Source of the DNA: Sphyrna mokarran
Taxonomy: Eukaryota
Length of the DNA stretch: 64,000 nt
Direction: 5' to 3'
NCBI GenBank assembly: GCA_024679065.1
Contig: JAGIQG010000007.1
Coordinates: 50,468,001-50,532,000 of the forward strand
Positions within the stretch are counted from its first letter, which is position 1, and each line of letters begins with the position of its first letter. Below the pieces are notes generated by a model. The model had not been told where the DNA came from. It did not search any database and saw only the letters and a list, made by a program, of their open reading frames with translations. Below, piece by piece: positions 26,218 through 37,421 of this stretch. Both the position numbers and the translations under genes were made by a program.

Positions 26218-27360
26218 AGCATAGAACACTGCAGCACAAACAGGCCCTTCGGTCCACAAGTTGCGCTGATCATATCCCTACCTACCAGGCCTATTTATAA
26301 CCCTCAATCCCATGTACTCATTCAGAAGTCTCTTAAAAGACCGCAATGAGTTTATCTCTACCACCACCGACAGCAGCCAATTCCACTCACCCACCACTGT
26401 CTGAATGAAAAACTTACCCAACATCTGTTCTGTACCTACTCCCCAGCACCTTAAACCTGTGTCCTCTCGTAACGATCATTTCAGCCCTGGGAAACAGCCT
26501 CCAAGAATCCACCCTATCTATCTCTCAATATCTTATAAACCTCTATCAGGTCACCTCTCATCCTTCCTCTCTCCAGGGAGAAAAGACCTAGCTCCCTCAA
26601 CCCTATCCTCATAAGGCATGCCACCCAATCCAGGCAACATCCTTGTAAATCTCCTCTGCACCCTCTCAATAGCTTCCACATCCTTCTTGTGGTGAAGTGA
26701 CCAGAACTGTGCATAGTACTCTAAGCAGGGTCTGACAAGGGTCTTATAAAGTTGCAGCATTATCTCCCGATTCCTAAACTCAACCCCTCGATTAATGAAG
26801 GCTAAAACACCATATATGCCTTCTTGACCACATCCTCCACTTGCGAGGCCGATTTAAGAGTCCTATGGACCTGGATCCCAAGGTCCTCCTAATCCTCTAC
26901 ACTGCTAAGAGTCCTACCCATGATATTATACACCTTCATGTGGTTAGGGTGGTTAGGGAGTGGAAATGCCCTGCCTGCGGCAGTTGTAGATGCGCCAAGT
27001 TTGGTGGCATTTAAGAGGTTAGTTGATAAGTTTATGGAAGAGAAGGGAATGGTTTAGTTTGGAGGGTCATTGCTTTTTTTTCATAATTGGTCAGCGCAAC
27101 ATCGAAGGCCGAAGGGCCTGTTCTGCGCTGTAATGATCTATGTTCATCCCATTGGACATGCCAAAATGGACCACTACACATTTATCTGTGTTGAAGTCCA
27201 TCTGCCATTTCTTTGCCCAGTCTTGCATCCTATCTATGTCTCGCTGCAACTTCTGACATCCCTCCAGACTATCCACAACACCACCAACCTTCCTGTTGTT
27301 AGCAAACTTACCAGCCCATCCCTCCACTTCCTCATCCAGATCATTTATGAAAAATAACAA
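26218..27360 (-). mobile_element. CR1 3' portion with a nested opposite-strand CR1 tail at ~26941-27142
   Basis: LYKTLVRPCLEYYAQFWS and [12 protein letters not shown] on the minus strand. The inserted plus-strand tail is nearly identical to the 3' end of the copy at 39710-40737. Confidence 0.9.
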
Positions 27361-27819
27361 TCAGCAAGGAATATCCTGGATATCTAATAGGAATATGGCA
27401 GAGTTTGCAAGTCCCCTCTTAAATTCCTTCTCTTTGTTAAGGCTCTCAAAACCTCAACCCCATGATAAGGCTTTTTGATCCCTCTTGACAGCTTCTGAGG
27501 TCAGGATTAATTTTCCATGTCCCTTAAGAAACTTGGGAAATTTTCTTCATTAAAAGATAGTTAAATGCAAGAAGTTAAACATAAGGAACTAAGTAGTTAT
27601 TCAGAATCATGAAACAGTCAACTGACAAGACCTAAAACAACAATTAGTGCATGGACACCTTTATATGGCTAGGTAACATACGGTATGTAAAAGAATGGAT
27701 GGATTGTAAAAGGGATAATAAATACAGGATCAGGAATTAGCTGGTCTGTCAAATGAATTTTATCAACAAATTCTGGATCTAGTCATGAACTCCCAAATTT
27801 TACCAGAGTGCCTATATCT

Positions 27820-28085
27820 GGTGGCAGAATGATTAGCACTGTTGCCACTTAGCACCAGGAACCTTGGCTCAATTCCCAACTTAGGTCACTGTCTATGAGA
27901 AGTCAACACATTTCTCCCTGTGTTTGTGTGGGTTTCCTCCAGGTACTCTACTTTCCTCTCTCAGTCTGAAAGACAAGCTGGTTAGGTGCAGTGACCATGA
28001 TAAATTCTTCAGAACAGATGGAAGTGTGACGACTTGGGGATTTTCAAAATAACTTCAATGCAGAGTGACACTAATAAATAAGCTT
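27820..28085 (+). mobile_element. V-domain tRNA SINE
   Basis: ggtggcagaatgattagcactg head, V-core tgggtttcctccaggtactc, tail gacactaataaataa. Confidence 0.78.
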
Positions 28086-28595
28086 TTATATCTTAAGAAA
28101 CTTAATGCAAGATTACATTCACAAAAAAGACAGTGAGGCCAGATTCAGGGAACATGAGGGGATTTGGTTGCAGAGAGGGTGTGCCATTTAGTTTCTGATA
28201 TTTTGAAAGGACATTCATGCAAATGTCCACGTTGGAGGGAGCCGTGGAAAGAATTGGGCATGATCACTAAGCTTGTAAGTCAGAACATGGTTCAAAAGAC
28301 AGAAAGAACATGGTTAAGACAGTATTTGACAATCAACCCAGGACAACAATCAGTACAAAAACAAGAATGAAAGCATTGTCTAGATCAACATGCATGAAAG
28401 AGAAGTGAACTGATGAGTCAAATAACACTGACTTGTTCCATTAGATCTGATTTTCAGCAAAGGGAATCTGACTGTTTAATATTCAAATATAAAATGCTTA
28501 GGAAAACATGACATGTATTTCAGGAAATACCCGTGCCATTTGGTCAGAGTAATGTTAAAGTATGCCTAAGAAAAATAATATCTAATTATAGAGAT

Positions 28596-28900
28596 TTTAT
28601 TTCTTCCTTCATGACAAACAAAGTTCAGTAAACTTTTGAAAAAGCTTTTAAAAATAAAAAATACAAAGTTGAATGTATAAAATTAAGCTTCTCAATTTAA
28701 ATAACTACAAATGAACATATTATCTATCAACAGTTTTTATATATTCGCAACTGTTGGATAGAAATCTCTGTAGAACCTTCATACTGTTCATTTTTCCCTC
28801 TCAGACTATATACATTTCTGCATAACAGTAATTCTATTTCTCCAGACTCGCATCTATATAATGAGATATATTACCCTGTGTGAAGCTTATGAAATTTATT
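28596..28900 (-). terminator. candidate polyadenylation signals of the SMCHD1 3' UTR
   Basis: AATAAA on the minus strand at 28895-28900 and 28596-28601, downstream of the stop. The site actually used is unknown. Confidence 0.35.
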
Positions 28901-29013
28901 TTCATAAAACATATTTAAGTTTAGTAACCAAATTTCACAGAGGAAAATATACCCACAAAACATCTACATTTGTTCTAAGTTTTCTGTTCAACGACAAAGT
29001 ATTTCCATTTGTT

Positions 29014-29119
29014 TTAGGCCTTTCTTTTCCGTGACAAAGTACTTCCATTTGTGTCCAATCCAGATCCTGAAGGCGGTTGCTGTGATTTCCTCAAAGGTAT
29101 TGAAATCCACTCTTCTGTA
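29014..29119 (-). CDS. SMCHD1: SMCHD1 terminal coding exon (to TAA)
   Basis: Follows a 104-nt intron (CAG acceptor at 29120-29122). In frame it reads (S)TEEWISIPLRKSQQPPSGSGLDTNGSTLSRKRKA* and is followed by AT-rich UTR-like DNA. Not alignable to the human tail, so support is from phase and splice signals only. Confidence 0.72.
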
Positions 29120-29223
29120 CTGTTTTAAAATTAGAAAAAAGTTCCATTAACTACCATCATTTCATGAAATGAAAAATAGATAAATGGATGATGTTTTTTT
29201 TTAAATCAGCTTTGATAACATAC

Positions 29224-29341
29224 CTATATGTTTTCTTTGCACTCTCTCTACGCATTTTTTTGCTTGGAGTCTGCCCATCAGACAAATCTGGAGCCAGTGT
29301 TTTAGGACTGCAGGCAGAGGTTGTTCTTGTTGGAGTCATGC
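29224..29341 (-). CDS. SMCHD1: SMCHD1 penultimate coding exon
   Basis: 118 nt encoding (G)MTPTRTTSACSPKTLAPDLSDGQTPSKKMRRESAKKTY(S); human GMTP...PPKRMRREA; CAG acceptor, GTATGT donor; phase 1-2. Confidence 0.87.
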
Positions 29342-31774
29342 CTGTGGCATTGATATAACAAGGGGCAATTAGCATAATTGATAAAGTGGTATGTAATGAG
29401 TAATATCACCTACTGCAAGAAAATCAGTTTGTTTTACACCTTATGTCAAAGAAACTTTACATCAAGCAGGACATCAGGGAAATGGTCAGATCCAATGCTT
29501 CTTCCCAGTTACATTTAAAATAGTGTAACATGCCTTCAGCATTTTCTTGTTTGTAAGCAACTAAACATAATCTAACATTTACACAAAGAATTTCAGGTGT
29601 AATAAATGCTTGAGACCTAATTATTAATAATTGTTTGGCAAACATAATCCAGTCAGCCAAACAGACAAAAATAACGTATGCCAAAAAAAATTGGCAATGT
29701 AACAATCTTCTAAATTAGATTCTTAACAAGACTTATTAAAATAAATTAATGTATAATTGGTAACTGGTTATGGAAAGTAAAGCAATTTATGTTTTAGCAA
29801 ACTATCATAGCACTGGACTGTCCAAAGGATAGAAAACAGGCTGATTATAATGTCCATCAATTATAATAAGGCAGACCTAATTAAATTAAAATTATAAGCT
29901 CCAGGATGAAGATAATACATCTTTATCAAAAAACTCAATTTCTATAATATTAATTCAAATCAGTTATCATTTAATTCTTTTCTGATATTCACCAATCTGC
30001 TTCAATATCTGATGGTCTCTGACTTTATTTTGATGTTCGGCAGCATTTCAATTTTTCCTTCCCAACCAGCATTTTCTTTTCCTAAGTAGATCATACATTA
30101 TACTTCACACAATTATGAAACAGAATAGCTAGTGCCATCTTCTGGAGAGGGAGCAGAGTACTTGTTCAATTCTCATTTGACAAGTGAATTTTATTGTGCA
30201 GTACAATGGATAAACTTGTTACCAAGATGTTGGGGAATGTTACATGTAGAACATTTTCAGTTTTTCATAAAGTTTTAGGAGGACTAAATTATTATATTTT
30301 ATAATCAGTGATCAAAGATGCTAAGATTCAAACCCATTAGATTCTACCTCAGGATTTTTTTTTGGTTAAAACCAGATGTTTAGAAATTAGAAATTCAAAG
30401 TGTTTCCAATAATTTTGATGCTCACCCAACTTGTGACAATCAGGTCACCATTTGATACAAAATGTACGCAAAGAATAATGAGAATCTTCTAACAATCTCT
30501 TAGAGATTACATGAAATTAAGGAACAGAATTAAAGGTGAGCCAATAATGCACTGCAACAGCAATTCTATCAAAAAATATTCTTAGCAGCAGCAATAATCA
30601 CAACAAAATATCCAGTTGTGATATAGCAACTAAAATATCTAAATGCACCTTCAAGTTCTTACACCTTGAGGGAGCTAGGTTACGATTATTTAAATGTTAA
30701 AAATTGTTTTCTCAGTAGGATTTTCTACTTCCAACGTTACCATGTGTGTCAAGAGTCTGGAACCTTGTCCTCAATTGGTGGGCTGATTCATCTGATTAAA
30801 TCTCTCACTTGATGGGAGAATATTAACTTGCGACAAGGCTGTGACCTATTTGCTAGGTGGCAATATTATGGACAACACTGATTTAAAATAATTTCAAACT
30901 CTCCTTATACTTCAAAATATATACATAATATATATATTGTAGAATCAAAAGTTTATAAAAACTTCTATTCAACTGCACAGTAATTCAAACCCAGGGAAAA
31001 TTTTGGGATCCTGCAAGTTGGTCTACAGCAATGATACATTAATTCTACATCATAGGTACGGGCCATTGGGCCAAAAGATTTGTACTAGTAACCCCCTTTA
31101 TTTTTATGGGCATAATATTTACATAACCTCTCGTGCTTATGTACCCTCCCCTTAAATGTATCTTTGCTTTTCACTTTAACCAATCCATGTGATAGCAAAT
31201 TCCACATTTTTATCACTCCTCGGATGAAGTAGTTTCTTCTGAGTTCTCTATGGATTTATTAGTCACTATTGTACATTCATGGGCTCTAGTTTCAGATTTG
31301 CTCATATTATATATTTAAAGGTATGGTTCCAGATAGTCTCAAACAAAAACAGCAATTACAATTAAATACTAATTCATATATTTGTCGAACACAAATAAGA
31401 GATAAGTTAGATAATAGAATCTACTTCCCAGCACTTGGATAATGGAAGAATAAACTAATAAAAGTTTTCAACAGTTAGCATAAGGTAAAGTTGAAAAGAA
31501 AGTCCCAAGAATGTTACATTAAAGTGATGTATAAAAATGCAATTACAAAATTGGTTCCAGATTAGCTAGATTTACCACGTTTGAGGAAGCTTGTGTACTC
31601 TCTTAACAAAACCATTACAATCACCATCATAATTGTAGTGAGCTCCTTCAATATTTAGTAAATGTTCGAGCAAATACTTGTCACTCACCCACAGTTCAAC
31701 AAAGAAATAAAGGTTTTTTCCCCCCATTATTAAGGTGTTAACAATAATTCAAGTTGCTAGTACTCTTGCCTCTT

Positions 31775-32165
31775 TAGTTTTACTCCAAACACAAACTCAG
31801 AATGTAGGCTAACATTCCAGTGCTGCATTAAGGGACTCTTTTACAGTCAAAAATGCCATCTTTTAGAGGAGTTATTAATCCAATATCTTGTCTTTCTTCT
31901 TGTGTGAACGTAATAATAATGATAATTTTCCCAATTACACTGTGGGAGCTTTCCAGTGTCCTGGTCAAGTGATCCCTCCACTATCATTGAAGCAGTTTTA
32001 TCATGCCATCACTTACCTCTTTGTGGCACCTTGCTATTTGCATTTTGACTGCTGCGCATGCTACACTACAACTCTTCCTATACTTCAAAAGCACTTCATT
32101 GGCTATAAAGTACTTTTTGAGACATTCCCAAGTTATGAAAGGCACTATAGAGTACTTTTCTTTTA
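31775..32165 (+). mobile_element. Deu-domain SINE, old, in an SMCHD1 intron
   Basis: aggctaacattccagtgc...gtgtcctgg...tacttcaaaagcacttcattggctataaagtact...gaaaggcactata. Confidence 0.7.
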
Positions 32166-34056
32166 TGATTTATGCTGATGGTCATTTAGTTTCAGTTACA
32201 ATAGACAACTGGATATTAGGCATGGTGATTTCTAGTTACACAAAAATTATATATAAAAACATAAATATTGCACAACATCTCAATGCCTTGGGTGGCACAC
32301 CTGCAATGAACCACTTTCATTAAAGTTAATGACAGCAAATTGGTAAGAGCAAAAAAGGAATAAGCCTTTCATGTCCCTAATTGCCTTTTTAGAAGCAGTT
32401 CAAGATGGTTGAAAAATGAGCTAGAATGATCAGAATAGTGCTTGGAAGGATTTCAGTGGGAAGATACTCAATGTAAAATATGCACTGATAGGAAGTTAAG
32501 TTCAGTGTTTAAAGCTTTTCTTAAATTACATACCTGTCCCCACTAATTTTAGCAAAAAAAATGCAAAGTATATTGAAATTAACAATCTCTAATCTAATGC
32601 ATAATTATTATGCATTAGATAATATTATTTGAAGTAAATAATCAAGTTTAGTTTAGAGTCAAATAATAATTTTTACTCCAGTTTACTTCACTTCAATTAG
32701 AAATGGAATGATATTTGGCAACCTTATTAATGATGCAATTTAGGATTAGATCCAGATTGAGCATTAAATTGCAAAAGCAAAATACAACAATATACTCAGG
32801 GATTCAAAACAGATGATAGAAAATTGTATTGATTTGCTTGAATGTACTAAGTCCAGGGGATAATTAAATCAAGATGAAATTTTACCAAGATTTTAAGCCT
32901 CATGCAACATAATATTGTCATCAGACTTGCTGATGTGGGACACCTTGTAGTGCATGTCATTATACTTTTTCTGAATCCTTCACCTCAAATATAATTTGTG
33001 TTATAATGTGCTGAAAAAACAAAGTGTTAATGGTGTAATGAGGGCAACAGGACATGGGTGCTTTGATAAAGGCCATGATGTGGAGATGCCAGCTTTGGAC
33101 TGGGGTAAGCACAATACTGTATTTTGATGAACACTAGGATCAACGTCGAATGTCCTTAATCAGTGCGATTTACGACTAGGGAAAGAAAGGGGAATGATGA
33201 AGTGGAAGGCTGAATGAGAGTGGAAGAAATAACAGTCAAATCAGCTACATAAATTAGGAAGGAGTGAAAAATATTGAATTCAGGGAAGAGACAAAGATAA
33301 ATTAAAAATTTGAAGTATAACAAATACATTAAATATAATAATCAGACTCATTAGTTTAAATTGTTCCCTTTCTGAACTGGAGAGATTGATTAGCATTGCA
33401 TTAACGAAGTTCAGGCTGTTAACAATGTTAATTATAAGATTTCTAGTGTTTTTAATGGACTATTAATGTACAAGTCCAGTATGTTTTTAAAATAATAACT
33501 GCAAGGCAAAGGTTTACTCTTGTTTGTATATGGCGAGCTGCAGAATAGTGTAATTGGCCAGCCAGCTCCAGAGATTTGCAACTTATGGTGTGTCACCTTT
33601 CCGTGAGCATTCTGGTCAATTTGTGCATTCTGTATTAATACTGTGCCTTTAAGAAATATATTCCTCATGTTTCTTGTGCAGGATCTGTTTTAGCAGTTTT
33701 CTTAAAAATTACTGATGCTGTAACCAGCATCCTCTATTCTTCCAGCAGCAACATAATTGCTCCTAATTGTTAAGAATATTTGTTCTGTTGTTTTCAGTGT
33801 TTCCCTGGGGTTTTGCAGATTGGGGTTTGATAAAGTCTGTTTTGATAAGAGTTTCCTAGTGGATCAAATGAATCAGACCTGGAGTGAAACACCTTATCTT
33901 CACCCTAATGCCAAAATCAAAACTGATGTCAAAGTCTAGGTTAATTTCATTATATATAGCTTGGGAGTTTCTGGTCTGGTCTCCAATAATTTATAGTGCT
34001 GCACATCAACTGTTCACTATTATTTTTCCATAAATATCTTGATTATTATAACTTGC

Positions 34057-34215
34057 CTAGCTGCTTTTCAATTTGCTTCAGCTGGTGCTCTTGTTCATTC
34101 AGCTCCTTGTGCTTTAGGGTCATTTCTGGTGAACCAAGATACTTCAGTTGCAGATCCAGTTCCTGATTGACATTATTTAGCTTGATCAGAGCAGAGCGAT
34201 ATTGTTGGATAAGAT
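34057..34215 (-). CDS. SMCHD1: SMCHD1 coding exon, post-hinge coiled coil (GC donor)
   Basis: 159 nt encoding (D)LIQQYRSALIKLNNVNQELDLQLKYLGSPEMTLKHKELNEQEHQLKQIEKQL(G). Ends at AG|GCAAGT, which gives the phase 1 required by the next exon. Confidence 0.9.
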
Positions 34216-35115
34216 CTACAAGAGAAACAAAACTGCTGGAAACAAGACAAAGCAAGCTGAAAAAAACAATGCAACATGAAATATACGAGAAAAGAACTGG
34301 TACATTTTTGTTAGGGCCATCAGAAAATCAATCCACAAACTACAGTGAAAGGATATTGGCTTCAAACTTGGAGTTTCAAAATACTTGTCAGCAAACGCAT
34401 TTGTACTCTGTATTCAATATTCCACATACTGAGTTCCTGATCACTATTCAGCCCCAGTCACCAATTAACATAACTTTTAGCAGCACTGACAAATCTATGG
34501 AAAGAGGGCACTGGGATCTGATTATTGATTAATGTGCATCGATCAGGGAAAAATATCTCCTTCAGGGGTTTCAACAGCGGTAAAAACACCTATTACTTAG
34601 GGGAAGATTTATTTTTAAATAGATCTTTCAAGAGTTTAAGAAGCTCACCTTCCAAACTATAAAAGTAAAATCCAGAGAATACTTCATTTAGTAGCACAAC
34701 TTCCTGAAAAATTAACTCCCTACATAGCATTGTTAGGTTGCTAAATGCAAAAAAAAAATACAACTTTTGTGGAGAATTTGTTGAAGCTATGGTTAAACAA
34801 CTCAAGGAAACGTTGAAAACTTGTCAGGGTTTGTGCCAAAATTGGGAGCTTTCATTATTTTCAAATAATGCAGTGACTGCAATCTATAAAGTAATTATTG
34901 CATTGTCCCAACTTATTTCAGTGAATTAAGATTTCTGTGCCCCATGATTGCTGAAGTGCTGCACCAGAACAAAAAGAAACAAGAATTACATGGGTATAAA
35001 ACAAAGCATTTTTCTTGAAGGACAAAAAAACTTTCATCTGAAAGAGATTGAAAGATAGTATTTTAGATTTATGAAAATATTCTAGGTAGACTATCTAGTT
35101 CAGTGGGTTTATACA

Positions 35116-35220
35116 CCAAAAAGGTAAACCAAAAAGGTAAACCAAAAAGGTAAACCAAAAAGGTAAACCAAAAAGGTAAACCAAAAAGGTAAACCAAAAA
35201 GGTAAACCAAAAAGGTAAAC
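35116..35220. repeat. perfect tandem repeat, 8 x CCAAAAAGGTAAA
   Basis: Counted directly: eight identical 13-mers from 35116 to 35219. Confidence 0.97.
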
Positions 35221-35350
35221 AGCTCTGACGAAGGCCATCTAGACTCAGAACTCTATTCTCTCTTCACAGATGCTGTCAACCTGCTGAGATGTTTCAGTAT
35301 TTTCTGTTTTTGTTTCAGATTTCAGCATCTACAATATTTCGCTTTGATTT
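35221..35350 (+). mobile_element. Penelope-type short element half-copy with a hammerhead-like CTGACGA motif
   Basis: agct-CTGACGA-aggccatctagactc...cacagatgctgtca.acctgctgag...tcagatttcagcatct; same family as 38893-39085. Confidence 0.65.
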
Positions 35351-35479
35351 TTGCAGTTTTTTCAGAATTCTCAAGGCAACTTTTAGCCCAAGCAATCAAA
35401 GGCCCACCCCACCGAGAGCCAAGAATGGAAGGCAGCAAGTCAATTCTTGCTGGAGAAAACATTTTGAAGAACTCAAGAG

Positions 35480-36870
35480 CGATGCTGACATAATGGTATT
35501 GTTGCTTGACTAGTAAACCAGAGACTCAGGATAATGTTCTGGGGACTCTTGTTCAAACCCTACCATGGTAAATGGGGCTTTTAAAAACTCAATAAAATAT
35601 CTGGAATTAAATCTCCACCTATGGCCTGAAACCAATGTTGGCTATTGTGTAGAAAAAACATCCAATTCAGTATTATCCTTTAGGGAAAGAAATCTGTCCT
35701 TAATTGGTCTGGCTTATACGTCAGTCCAGACCTATAGCAATGTGATTGAATCTTAAATGGCCTCTGAAATAGCCTAACATGTTACTCAGTTTAGTCAAGC
35801 ATTACAAATTGAACAAAAATTAATGACATTTTATGAACCTTGTGGCATCTATTCAGGCACTGGAAATGGCAATGGTAAACACAGTCATGTTGATCCTGCA
35901 AAGTCCTCCTTACTAACATGCGGGGGCTTTTGCCAAAATTGGGAGCTCTTTCTCAAGATTAGTCATGCCTAGCCTGACAGTCATACTTATGGAATCATAC
36001 TTTACAGATTATGTTCCAGATATGACCTTTCATAGAATTGAATCATAGAAACCTATAATGCAGGACAAAGCCATTCAGCCCACTGAGTCTGCACAATTCC
36101 ACTCAGGCCCTATCCCCACAATGCCATGCATTTACCCAAGCATTTACCCAAGCTAGTCCCTCCTGACACTAAGGGGCTATTTAGCTGCACCAATGCATCT
36201 AACCATACATCTTTAGATTGTGGGAGGAAAACAGAGCATCTGGAGGAAACCCACGCAGACATGGGGAGAATGTGCAAACTCCACACAGACTGCGACCCAA
36301 GCTGGGAATCAAACCCAGGTCCCTGACACTGTGAGGCACATTGTTACTTCCCATACTTTCTGGCTACGTCTTGTGTCACCAGCAGAGGTGGCAGCACAGT
36401 GGTATACAGTGGGAAGGAGTTGCCCTGGGGAGTCCTGAACAACAACTTTGGATCCCATCAAGTATCACGGCACCAGGTCAAATGTGTGGACAAGGTAAAC
36501 TCCTGCTGAATATCATGTACAGTTCCTCCCCTCAGCTGAGAATCAGTCATCCTCCATGTTGAACACCACATGGAGAAAACACCGAGGGTGGCAAGAATGC
36601 AGAATATACTCTGGGTAGGGGACTTCAAATCCATCACCAAGAATGGTTTGATAGTACCACCATAGAGCAAGCTGGTTGGGTCCTAAAGGACATAACTGCT
36701 GGACTGCAGCAGGTGGTGAGAGAGAACCAACCAGGGGGAACAACATACTCAACCTCATCCGCACCAGATGCACCTTGCCACAGATACATCTGACCATGAC
36801 AGTATTAGTAAGCGTGACCAACGCACAGCCCTTGTGGAGACAAAGCCGTGTCACTTCAAAGATCAACAAT
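35480..36870 (+). mobile_element. LINE 5' region with a tRNA-like head and APE endonuclease remnant, interrupted by a V-SINE
   Basis: Head homologous to the SINE at 60015; downstream NILWVGDF and EPTRGNNILNLI (APE motifs). Confidence 0.65.
36030..36340 (-). mobile_element. HE1-like V-SINE
   Basis: V-core tgtgggaggaaaacagagcatctggaggaaacccacgcagacatggggagaatgtgcaaactccacacagac, with a CR1-like tail catagaa. Confidence 0.85.
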
Positions 36871-36949
36871 TTTTTTGTACATTGTTACTCAAATCTAAAT
36901 CTTGATTTATTTGCACTGCATTAAGCGTTCTTCTCAAAGTTAAGCTTAC

Positions 36950-37121
36950 CAATTTGGGAATTCAGTGTATGGTAAGCTTTTGGTAGAGGAGCTCCGAACA
37001 CTAATCCTCGAAGTTTGTCCATTTGAGGTGCCTTGTTTTGAAGGCCTCCGAACTTTCCATTGCTTCGGATTCTGTCCCCATCTCGAGTCAGCAAAGTAGG
37101 ACAATGGGTGATTTTCACAAC
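36950..37121 (-). CDS. SMCHD1: SMCHD1 coding exon, hinge glycine motif
   Basis: 172 nt encoding [57 protein letters not shown](D); phase 0-1. Confidence 0.97.
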
Positions 37122-37350
37122 CTAAAAATTGTAGGTCAAATTTCTGAATCATGACTCATTTTAAAAAATAACAGCATTGCCAGAGAAAAATCATTGAATT
37201 ATTCATGCATCTTAATTTTAAAGCAAAATCATTAACATTATTTTATCAAATATTGTGAAGTGTATAGTATACGTAACGAGTTTTACATGCCATGCAAAAG
37301 TAATGTCTTAACTACTTGGCGTTTTGGTTAATTGAAAACCAAAAACATAC

Positions 37351-37421
37351 CTCTTTCCTATATTGATTGGCAGCATTTAAGTCATCCAAAATAATTGTAT
37401 CTCCAAGAAGCATTCCAAACA
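37351..37421 (-). CDS. SMCHD1: SMCHD1 coding exon, hinge
   Basis: 71 nt encoding (V)[23 protein letters not shown]; human [24 protein letters not shown]; phase 1-0. Confidence 0.96.

Noticed and set aside
26941-26960. Telomeric TTAGGG seeds
   Set aside because: Derives from the CR1 sequence gtggtaaggg plus a short junction duplication.
1-29000. EMILIN2 or another gene downstream of SMCHD1
   Set aside because: I found no signal peptide/EMI-domain exon (e.g. NWCAY) or other convincing coding exon by eye. Small exons could be missed; tBLASTn would decide.
33120-33200. C/D-box snoRNA (TGATGA)
   Set aside because: Antisense to the host gene, with no convincing D box or terminal stem.
35116-35220. 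CRISPR-like array
   Set aside because: Head-to-tail 13-mers without spacers, in vertebrate DNA.
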